DNA of 64,000 nt. Source: Euglena gracilis. Its lineage: Eukaryota. This document shows positions 24,136 through 33,860 of the stretch, piece by piece. The stretch lies in NCBI GenBank assembly GCA_039621445.1, contig CP154954.1:15766140-15830139 (forward strand). The letters run 5' to 3'. The first letter of the stretch is position 1, and every line of letters starts with the position of its first letter. The notes under the pieces were generated by a model. That model was not told the origin of the DNA, did no database searches, and saw only the letters and a list, made by a program, of their open reading frames with translations. The position numbers were made by a program, and so were the translations under genes.

Positions 24136-26827
24136 GTTTGCCAGGGGTGATTTGCACACTGTTATTCGCATAAGAAGTTTGTGTTGACTAATATATTTAT
24201 GTTCTTGTGATTCTCAGGTGATTCGGTGATTTTGCTCTGCCCTTTTTCTTCGGCTTTGCTAGAGCATGGAAGGGGTTTTTTTATTTATCACACACACACA
24301 CACACACACACAGACACGCACACCTTCCTCTTTCCAATTGTGTTCCGAGGAAAGATCCAGCGATGAGCCGCCTTGCCCAGCATCCCTCTTTTGCCATGCT
24401 GAGCCATATTCATTACCCTCAACCCATCCGAGGCACATTAGGTGCTCTGGTTTCCATGACTGGGCGAGGCCAAAACCAGACAACGGTGCCCGGAATCCCC
24501 TGAAGAGGAAGGGTCAAGGAGGTGAGAGATGTACCATTTGTGTCCAAAATCGATTTGGTTCACGGTTTCCCGTCACACAACAAACAAACCCCCCTCCAGC
24601 TCTGTCATCATGGTTAGCACCATTCTTTTTCCGAATTTGCTCTGTGCATAAAACAGTTCCAGAGAGCATCACCACAGGCAGGTGCTCCAATTTTGGGGAA
24701 CCCGAGCTGTGAGATGGGACAGCTTGACGGGACAGCTTGACGGTTAAAAGTTGAGCAACGGGTTCATTTTTTCAGGTTATTTATTCCATTTTATTTCTCT
24801 GGAAAGGTGATCTCTCGCTTGGTGGGGTCCATGGGTGGTTTTTTTTTTGTATTTTTTTTTTGGAAAATCGAGCAACCCGGAAATAGGACTGTTTCGCACA
24901 AACAGGCACGCAATTCTGTGGCAGCTCTGCCCCCAGTGTGCAGAACTTTGGTGAAGCATTTCTTTCCTGGGTGTGTTTCTCTCCCTCATCCAACGCATCG
25001 TGAACACCGCACCGGCAATGTGGTTCAGGGTCACCCCGCATTACTGACCAGAACGGTCAACTTACCAAATGCCAAGCAGAAAGCCCCAAATTCTCACCCC
25101 GTCCCTCAATCAAGGGTGCGTGTGCTGTGCCGCCCTCTGGCCTCGCCCCGAGGCCAATCAGAGGTAATTGTCCGGTGCTGATGGGCGAGGGCCTGCTTGG
25201 AGCCGGGGACTGCCCTGCGGACCCCCAGTGGAGCCATCGTCACCGTCGTCCTGGCCGAGATTGTGGCTGTGCCTCCTTGGAGCCCAGCGGAACCTTCCCT
25301 TCCCAGCAGTTGTGTCCCGCCATGATTTCTGCTTTTGGGTTGCGCATTTGCACTGCTCGGGAAGAATGGGCTTCGAGGTCCGAGGTCCGGAAGTCCCGTC
25401 TTTGCAACTGTTCCCCCTTTGTCGATGGTTTGGGCCACCCACCCATCCAAACCCCAACCAAAATCGGCGGACGCTTTTCCCGGCCCAGTCCTTGGCCAGG
25501 CCAAAATCTGACCCTCGACTTGAGGACCCATCCCCCACTCACCCACCCAGTCTCAAAAACCCACCGAGGTGGGGTCACACAGGTGTAAATGGAATGAATT
25601 TGCTTAAGGATTGCAGTACCCCCCCCCCGGGGGCGGGGGGCTGGACTGCAGCTAGTCCAAATTTGGCTAGTGGGATTTCTAACAGACCCCCCCCCCGGGG
25701 GGGGGTCTGCTAGCAGGGCTAGCTAGTGGGAAAAATTTTTCCAGTGATCGGCGCAAAGCGCCGGAAATTTTTTTGGGGACCCCCAAAAATGGCCAAAAAT
25801 GCCCGTTTTTGGCCATTTTGGGGAATTTTTGGAGCAAAGTCTGCCAAAAATCTATTAAAAACCTCATTTCCACCTCGGCGCACAGCGCCAGAGGAAAAAT
25901 TAATTTCCAGTTGGGGGGACCCCCGGACTAGTCCATTTTTTCCAGTGTCTAGCCAACTGGCTAGCCAGACACCTCGGGCTCCGCACTTTGCCCTTGTGAG
26001 GCCATGCCTTGCTCGCCGGCGGTGTTGCTGTGTGTCTGTTCGCTGCGCTGGGTTAGTAGTCCCTGCTTAGTGCCTTTTTCGCCGGAGTTGGCTGATTCTA
26101 AAATTGCCCTTCGACAACCCAGAAGAAAGGAATTGATTTTCAAACGAAGGAGAACCAAAAGGAGAAGTCAACATCAAAAGAATATTCAGAAGTTGACGAG
26201 CCAGACGAATTTCAATTGACGAGTCAAATATCAATTTCAAATTTTGACTTCAATGAGCAATGAAGTGGGGAAGAAGCTGGAAATTTGCGGTCGACGTGAA
26301 CTACCTGGAGCAGCTGTCGCCGCGGCAGCCGGACGACCTGGAGGTGCAGACGACAACTGGCGAACCGTGGCCGCCCCGCCCCAGATCCCAGTTTCAGAAA
26401 TTTCCCAGCAGAAAACCCCACCCAGTGACGGCCACGGCCTGTGGACCACAGTGGCCAGAAAGACCAGGAGGAAGAAGGAACCCCCAGCCCAGCAGAACCG
26501 CCTGGGTATTGGGGCCCAATCAAGCAAGAGGGGACAGAAGCAGACCACAGGATTCCAAAGACATGTTCCACAATGGCGCCCAGCAGCCAGACCAAAATTC
26601 GAACAGAAGTGGAGAAGATGGAATCAAGGCCAAGGTGGAGGCCATGGTGGCCAAATCCGGAAGAGGGAGAAAAGGTCTGCCAAATCCCCCCAAACTTTCT
26701 AGCACAACAACCCCTCTCAAGGGGAAGAAGGGGGGGCACAGCAGCCCCCCCAGATTTCACGTGAAGCTGGAGACCAACGTCAAGCTCAACCCCAGGGAGG
26801 GGAAATCATGGCCAAGGCGGCCAGAGT

Positions 26828-28153
26828 TTGAATCATTTTCATTTGCACGGCCATGGTGGCCAAGAAGTGCAGGGCCATGGAGGCCATTATCTTCAGGGCC
26901 AGGGCGGCCAGAACTCACAGGGCCATGGGGGCCAAAGGGGTGGTCCAGAAATGGCCCCCCAGAAGCTAAGGTGCCAACCTTATATCAATCATCCCCGGCA
27001 ACCCCAGGAGGATGCCCCAGAAGGGGCAAAGGAGGACAAGGGGGTCAGCCCCCCAATTCATTTAATTCAACCCATGGAAGGGGAAATCAAGGGGGGGACC
27101 CTCAGTGGCCCTCCTATGGTATGTCATCAGACAACACAAAGGACAAGATGGAGCAGAGAGTCTGTGAGAGAGAGGGTGGGTGCATGCACCCCCCCCCATC
27201 CATTACGTCTTGGAAAAGATCAAACTCCAGGGGCACCAAGGGTTGTTAAATGTCCCACAACCTCCAACCAACCCCCAGAAAATCATTTGATTGGAGAGAT
27301 AAATTACATGGAGGAAAAGTGGGGGGACACCCCCCTCCACCAGAGACTGCAAAAAAGTCTGAAATGGTGGCTGAAAAATGCCCCCCCAGCAACCTGTCAA
27401 CTTATAAAAGATGGAATTCAACCCCCTTGGGTCAAACCACCAAAATTGTCCACGCATCCAAAAAGCAGAGCCAACCTAGACCTGAAACAGGCAGAAAAAA
27501 TCCTGTTGGATTACGAAAAAACTGGTTCCATAAAGAGGGTTCAGGATGCAGGAACCCAACATATAATTCCCTGGTTCCTGATATCAAAACCAGAGGGGGG
27601 GCAAACGAAATGGATGTTCATCAGCGACTGCAGGGAAATAAACCAAAATTTTCCCGTGAAAGCCTTCAAATTAGATCACATTCAAAACATTTTCCCAGTT
27701 TTGGAGAAAGGCCACTGGGCGGCCAAAATCGACCTGAAGGACGCATATTTTCACATTCCAGTGAACCCAACCCTAAAACCCTTTCTAAGGCATCAGGTGG
27801 GGGGGCAAACCTGGGAATTCCAGGCAGGCTGTTTTGGCTTAAATGTGATGCCACAAATTTTTATGTCAGTCATGAAGACATTCGAAAAACGTTGGAGGAG
27901 AAAAGGAATCCAGGTTTTCATCTACCTGGACGACATTTTACTGGTTGCCCCCACTCAAAATACATTGCAAAAACACTTGAGCAGGGTTGCAAAAGACCTA
28001 ATCGACTCGGGGTTCAAAATAAATGTCAAAAAGTCAACCTTGGAGCCCACACAGGTCGTAAACCACTTGGGCTTCCAGTTAAATTTCCAAGATGGAAAAT
28101 TACAAATTCCCCCCCAAAAAGTGAAAGCAATAAAAAAGGAGATGGGAAAATAG
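26828..28153 (+). CDS. DIRS reverse transcriptase (preceded by low-complexity ORF1-like sequence from ~26244)
   Basis: Motifs KIDLKDAYFHIP, CFGLNVMPQIF, YLDDILL and HLGF. Confidence 0.92.
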   Translation: MNHFHLHGHGGQEVQGHGGHYLQGQGGQNSQGHGGQRGGPEMAPQKLRCQPYINHPRQPQEDAPEGAKEDKGVSPPIHLIQPMEGEIKGGTLSGPPMVCHQTTQRTRWSRESVRERVGACTPPHPLRLGKDQTPGAPRVVKCPTTSNQPPENHLIGEINYMEEKWGDTPLHQRLQKSLKWWLKNAPPATCQLIKDGIQPPWVKPPKLSTHPKSRANLDLKQAEKILLDYEKTGSIKRVQDAGTQHIIPWFLISKPEGGQTKWMFISDCREINQNFPVKAFKLDHIQNIFPVLEKGHWAAKIDLKDAYFHIPVNPTLKPFLRHQVGGQTWEFQAGCFGLNVMPQIFMSVMKTFEKRWRRKGIQVFIYLDDILLVAPTQNTLQKHLSRVAKDLIDSGFKINVKKSTLEPTQVVNHLGFQLNFQDGKLQIPPQKVKAIKKEMGK

Positions 28154-28760
28154 TGAAAAAAGATTTCATGTCGAAAAGGCAGTTAGCTGCCATTTTGGGC
28201 CAAATCAGGTGCAACCTCATGGCCCTGCCCTTTTTAAGGGCTTTCACAGACTCCCTGACAAATTTTTTGGTCAACAAGTCTGCAGCCCCATGGGATTCAA
28301 AGCATTCCATTTCACAGGACATAAAAGCCCAATTGAGGGAAATAAAAAATCAGCTGGACACCTGGGGTGGCAGACCTTTCCCCCAAAGTGCAACAAGGGA
28401 GTTGCACTCAGACAGCAGCACCCATGCCTGGGGGGGGCTGGACATTCATACTGGAGAAATTGTCCAAGAGTTTTGGAGAGAAAACTCCATTTTACATATC
28501 AATGTAAAAGAATTACGTGCAGCCATCAGCACAGTGAAAAGTCTAAGCAGGCCAGGGGAAACGGTGTCCCTTTCAGTGGACAATCAGGTAATTTATTATT
28601 ACCTGACAAAGAGGGGGGGGGGGGCAGAAAAGACCCTTTCAACAGCCTTCTAATGCCATTTTCAAATGGTGCATGGAAAACAATTTAAATCTACAAGTGA
28701 AATGGGATCCTTCACAGGAATGCTTAGCAGACCCCATAAGCAGGTGGGAGTGAGGGGATT
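28150..28760 (+). pseudogene. DIRS RNase H, frameshifted
   Basis: Motifs LHSDSSTHAWGG, HINVKELRAA, SVDNQ and LADPISR. Confidence 0.88.
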
Positions 28761-28789
28761 ACTCACTGGACCCCCAGCTTTTTAAATGG

Positions 28790-29230
28790 CTAAGGCAGCA
28801 TTTCAAAGATTTTATAAATCTGGAGACAGATTTATTTGCCTCCCCAGGCAACAAAAAACTGGCCAAATTTGTGGCCAGATGGCCCCACTGGGAGTCCAGG
28901 GCAGTGGATGCCCTCCAATGTCCCCTGGACAACATGGGGGGACTTTATGCAAACCCACCTTGGTCAATCATTCAGAAATTTCTCCCACGATTGAGAATGT
29001 TTCCCCAGACCAAAGTTTTGATGGTCACCCCCTTCTGGGATTCAGCCACATGGTGGCCCCAATTAATAAAGATGAAAGTGCCAGGGACCCCCTGCCTGAA
29101 AATCACCCCCTACAGGCGCATGTTCAAAAACTGCAGGGGGGAGAAAATGTTACCCCCCAGGTGGCCCCTCCTTTGCATGATTTGCTCAGGCAAATCCTGG
29201 AGGGGAAACAAATTCAAAATAAACCATTGA
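28790..29230 (+). CDS. DIRS DNA N6-adenine methyltransferase-like domain
   Basis: DLFASPGNKK...VDAL...LYANPPW...VLMVTPFW..ATWWP, the pattern typical of the DIRS MT domain. Confidence 0.85.
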   Translation, partial: LRQHFKDFINLETDLFASPGNKKLAKFVARWPHWESRAVDALQCPLDNMGGLYANPPWSIIQKFLPRLRMFPQTKVLMVTPFWDSATWWPQLIKMKVPGTPCLKITPYRRMFKNCRGEKMLPPRWPLLCMICSGKSWRGNKFKINH

Positions 29231-29297
29231 CGATTTCCTGGGGAGAAACCCCAGCTTAAAGCGTTATCAAAGCGCTTTTACACTTTTATGGGTAATC

Positions 29298-30056
29298 TTG
29301 GAAAAAATGGGGGTAACCTCCCCTGAAACCACAACTGACCAAGTGGCTGACGCTTTGATACAATTATTTCAATTTTCCAAGTCCCAATCCCGTAATGCCT
29401 ACAGTGCAATGCTTTTGATTCCTGGGTTTGGTGGACTGAGATTCCACACCATGTTGGCACCTTACAAGAGGCTCTGGAACCAAAATCTGGAAAAATATGG
29501 TGCTTTTTGGCATCCCCTCCCAATCCTTCTGGGGCTGGCCCAAGCCCCCTTCCCCACTGATATTTGTACTTTACGTACACAACTTATTTTTTGCTCACGA
29601 ATCCTCTGTTTATACAGAAGCTCAGATTTGGAGAGGATCAAACGCACCACCAGTGTGTTGGGCAAGGCGCCCTACATCAAAATTAGGCGTAAAGGCCAGA
29701 AATTCCACAAGTGGGAAAGAGTTGTGTCCATTCCACAATGCCCCAAAATAAGCCCATTTCATTTGATGATGTCTTATGTTGCAGCAACAAGGTCATTCGT
29801 AAGACCTGGGGGGCCCCTTCTGATTTCACTAAAACCCTCCTTTAAACCCATAAGTGCAGACACCATTGCTTCCATAACTAAAGATTTTTTGGCCAAACAT
29901 GGGGTTCCCCCCCAGGTGTGGGGGGCCCACTCCACCAGAGGGGCAGGAGTTGGTTTACTCAAAAAATTGGGCCTTCCTGCCCAAGAAGTTTGTGAAATTG
30001 GCCAGTGGAGAGGGGTGGAGGCTTTGACAACGACTTGGTGCCCAAGGTGCCCTTGA
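29298..30056 (+). pseudogene. DIRS tyrosine recombinase, C-terminal Tyr lost by a small deletion
   Basis: LYRSSDL, HSTRGAG and GQW present. FTAHYQRL, seen in copy 5, is missing here. Confidence 0.88.
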
Positions 30057-30091
30057 AAATGCCCTGACCCCCTAATTTCAGTGCACAATCA

Positions 30092-30197
30092 GGCCTCACA
30101 AGGGCAAAGTGCGGAGCACGAGGTGTCTCGTACTCCCTCGAGGAAAACCGACCAGGGAGGAAGGGACACCGAGGGCGAAGCACAAAGACCTTGTGAG
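30092..30197 (+). repeat. Internal complementary region (ICR) of DIRS copy 1
   Basis: Reverse complement of the element's left end joined to that of its right end (junction GGTGTC-TCGTAC). Confidence 0.92.
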
Positions 30198-30859
30198 CCC
30201 GACCCCCCCACCCACAAAAGAAAAATTGTGTTCAAGAGCCCTCGGACAGAAAATGGGGGCCAGGGTGGGGATAAGGGTGGGACACCCCCCAGGGGCAAGA
30301 AGCCACGCCGCCAAGTCGGAGCAGCATCGTCAGCCAACTCCGGCGAGGCGGCACTAAGCAGGGACTCCTAACCCAGCGCAGCGAACAGACACACAACAAC
30401 ACCGCCGGCGAGCAAGGCATGGCCTCACAAGGTCTTTGTGCTTCGCCCTCGGTGTCCCCTCCTCCCTGGTCGGTTTTCCTCGAGGGAGTACGAGTACCCC
30501 CCCAGGGGTCGTTAAGCAAATGCCTGAATGGAATATGTTGGCCAGACGGCAATGAGAATCTTTCGGTAAACTTGGCAAACTGCCAAATTTCAACACAAAA
30601 TCGATTTTTACCATTTGAAAAGAAATATTTTTTGAACCTTATTATTGGTTGGTTGGTATTATCCGCAATGACCCTCGACGAACCGAGGGCCTGCGGGATT
30701 TTGCGGCTGCTCATGGGTTTGCTTAATGCCCACCCCGGAGAAGGGGTGGGCATAGTCAAGTCACCCAACCGCTCCGGAGGACAATAAAAATGGCGGTTGT
30801 ATCAATATATATAAAGATTTCATTTGACTTATTGAAATCTTCTGAGCCCCTGGACACCT

Positions 30860-32819
30860 CCACCTGGATGGGCTGCAAGGTAGACTTTTTCACACTGATT
30901 TTGAATCCTGAATTCAGCAAATATTTGACAACTCTGTTCAGGTGACTTTGCAAAATGTTTTGGGTGGGGGCCACCAGTAAAATGTTGTCTAGGTAAATAA
31001 AGACCTGGACGCCTCTTTCTGTGCACAATTTTTCGAATGTTTTCATTACTGACATGAAAATTTGGGCATTACATTTATCCCAAAGCAACCTGTCTGCCCC
31101 CCTACATGAAGCCTAAAAAATTGGCTTAGGCCTGGACTTAATGGAATATGGAAATAGGCACCCTTCAGGTCTATTTTTGCTTCCCAGTGGCCTTTTTCCA
31201 AAACTGGAAAAATGTGCTGGATATGATCCATCTTGAAAGGTTTTACTTGAAATTGCTGATTTATTTCTCTGCAGTCGCTGATCATTCTCCATTTCTTTGT
31301 TCCTCCTTCTGGTTTTGAAATTAGAAAACATGATTTTAAATGCTGGGTGTCTGAATCCCAAACTTGTTTTATTGACCCAGTTTTTTCGTAATCCAACAGG
31401 TTTTTTTCTGCTTGGTTCAGGTCCAGATTGTCTGGGTTTTGGGTGGGTGGACAATTTTGGGGGATTTACCCAGGGGGGTTGAATTCCATTTTTGATCAAA
31501 TGACATGTTGCCGGGTGGCGGGCATTTTTTGTCCACCATTTTAGACTTTTCTGAAGTCCCTGGTACAGAAGGGTGTCTCACCATTTTTCCACCATCGAAT
31601 GTATTTTCCCAACTAGATGATTTTCTTGGTGCTGGGTGGGGGGTGGTGGACATTGCACCCCTTGTGCCCCTGGGGATTGAGCATTCTCTAAAGGTCGCTG
31701 GGGGGGTGTGCATGCTCTGCTCACAGGCTCTCTGATCCTCCACTTTGTCATTGGTGTTGTCGATTGACATACCATAGGGGCCCCTTTTGGTTTTCTCCCT
31801 GGCTTTGACTTGCCCGGGCCATGAGCAATGACAAAGAATGTTTGGGGGCATCCTCCTGGGGCTGCCACAGTACATTTAAACCCCCTGCTGGGGGACAGCC
31901 TTTTAGCTTCTGGGTTTTTTTCCATTCTGATAATTGATGGCCACAGTGGCCTTGAAATTGTTGATAGTTCTGGCACCACTGGCCCTCTTGATGTTGGCTC
32001 CATTGGCCCTTTGATCTTGGGCGCCATGCCCATTGAAAAACTTGCGGGGCGTCTGGGGGCCAATCATTTTCCCCTGAGAGGGTTTGTGATGAAGAAATGG
32101 TTTGGGGGGTGTTGTGGACCTGTCCTGCCCCTGCCACTGGGCATCTGTTTGTGGAATCGGCCACTCTGGCCTTGGTATTGTTGGCCACCCTGGCCTTTGT
32201 TCCATCGGCCACCATGGCCATTGCTGTTGTGGCCGCCATGGCGCAGCTTGCTGTTGTGGCCCCCATGGCCCAGCTTGAACAATGTATTGGTGTAACTGGG
32301 ATATGGGCCTCCATGGCCCTTGCCGTAGTGGCATGACAGCTGTCTTGGCTTTTGTGTCCTTCGGGTTTTTCTGACCACTGTCTGCCAAAGTCCGTGGCTG
32401 CCACTGGGTGAGTTTTTAGAAACGTTTTCTGCGGGGGATCGGACAGCCACGAATCGCCACGGATGCACCGCGCCGTCAGTGGCAGCCACTTCTTGTTGTT
32501 CAGTGATGCTCTTCTTCGTGTTGGCAATTGCATTTTTCATTGACGTCTTGAAATGTCAACAATTTCTGATTTGATATTTTCTGCGGGCGTCACCTTCCGG
32601 ATAATTTGATTGACTTAACACTTTCAAATTAAATTGTCGAGGTTCTTGAATTGAAGTCCCTTTCTTCTGGGTGTCGAAGGCCAAATTAAGAATCAGCCAA
32701 ATCCGGCGAAAAAAGGCATTAAGCGGGACCTCTTAACCCAACGCAGCAAACAATCCAAACAACACCGCCGGCTAGCAAGGCATGGCCTCACAAGGGCAAA
32801 GTGCGGAGCCCGAGGTGTC
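30860..32819 (-). mobile_element. DIRS copy 2, 5' half (left ITR, ORF1, RT), decayed
   Basis: Left ITR at ~32694-32819; motifs KIDLKGAYFHIP and YLDNILL on the - strand. Confidence 0.9.
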
Positions 32820-32827
32820 GAGTCAGC

Positions 32828-33860
32828 GCCATGTTCGCCACGTCGGAGACAATGCAGCCAACTCCGGCGAGGTGACACGAAGCAGGGGCTCCTAACCCAA
32901 GGCATGGCCTCAAGATGTCTTTGTGCTTCGCCGTCGGTGACCCTTCCTCCCCGGAGTGCATTGGAATGGCGCAGAACCCGTAACCCATCTGGCTTTCAAA
33001 CTGAACTTCCGGGAAGAAAAATTACAAGTGCCCCCCCCCCCCAGAAAGTCAAAAACATAAAAAAGGAGCTGGAAAAAATCGTGAAAAAAGATTACATGTC
33101 AAAAAGGCAGGTTGGCTGTGATTTTGGGTCAAATAAGATGCAATCTAATGGCCCTGCCCTTTTTAAGGGCTTTTACAGACACCCTGGCAAATTTTTTGGT
33201 GGCAAAGTCCACAGCCCTCTGGGACTCAAAACACCCCATCACCCAGGAAATCAAGGCCCAATTAAGGGAGAAACCCCGTGTATGTCGTATGTGACGTCTG
33301 ATGCGGTGTGTTATGCGAGATGTGCAGTGTGTCATGTGAAGCATCCTGTGGCATGTGTAGTGCAGCATCGAGTGCCATGCAAGTGCGCCATGCGAGAATG
33401 TGAGTGGGTGATTGGGTGAATGAATCTGCATTGTGTATGTCACATGTGAGGTCAGTGACCCTGGTAAACAGGTGGCTCAGTGCAGCAATAAACACTGTGA
33501 AAAGTTTGAGCAAACCTGGGGAAACAGTTTCCTTGTCAGTGGACAACCAGATAATTATACTATTACCTAACAAAAGGAGCTGGGGGCTGAAAAGACCCCT
33601 TCAACAAAATGCTAAGACCATTTTTCAAATGGTGCATGGAGCACCAAGTAAACCTCCAAGTCAACTGGGTGCCTTCAAAGGAATGCCTAGCAGACCCCAT
33701 AAGCAGATGGGAAATGGACAGGGGGGATTATTCTTTAGACCCCCCACTTTTTCAATGGTTAAGACAGCAAATGCAAAATTTCATAAATCTGGAAACAGAC
33801 TTATTTGCCTCCCAAGGCAACAAAAAACTGCCCAAATTTGTGGCCAGGTGGCCCCATTGG
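32828..33860 (+). mobile_element. DIRS fragments (copy 3): right-terminus piece ~32828-32953, then RT end/RH/MT start ~32975-33860
   Basis: Homologous to copy 1 (LGQIRCNLMALPFLRAF; DLFASQGNKKLPKFVARWPHW). Confidence 0.88.

Larger units (their letters stand above)
25968..30493 (+). mobile_element. DIRS1-type tyrosine-recombinase retrotransposon, structurally complete, frameshifted (copy 1)
   Basis: Left ITR 25968-26095, right ITR plus extension 30330-30493, ICR 30092-30197. Domain order RT-RH-MT-YR. No TSD. Confidence 0.95.

Noticed and set aside
28140-28160. Programmed frameshift between DIRS RT and RNase H
   Set aside because: Copy 3 reads through in frame (KKELEKIVKKD), so this is an indel or error.
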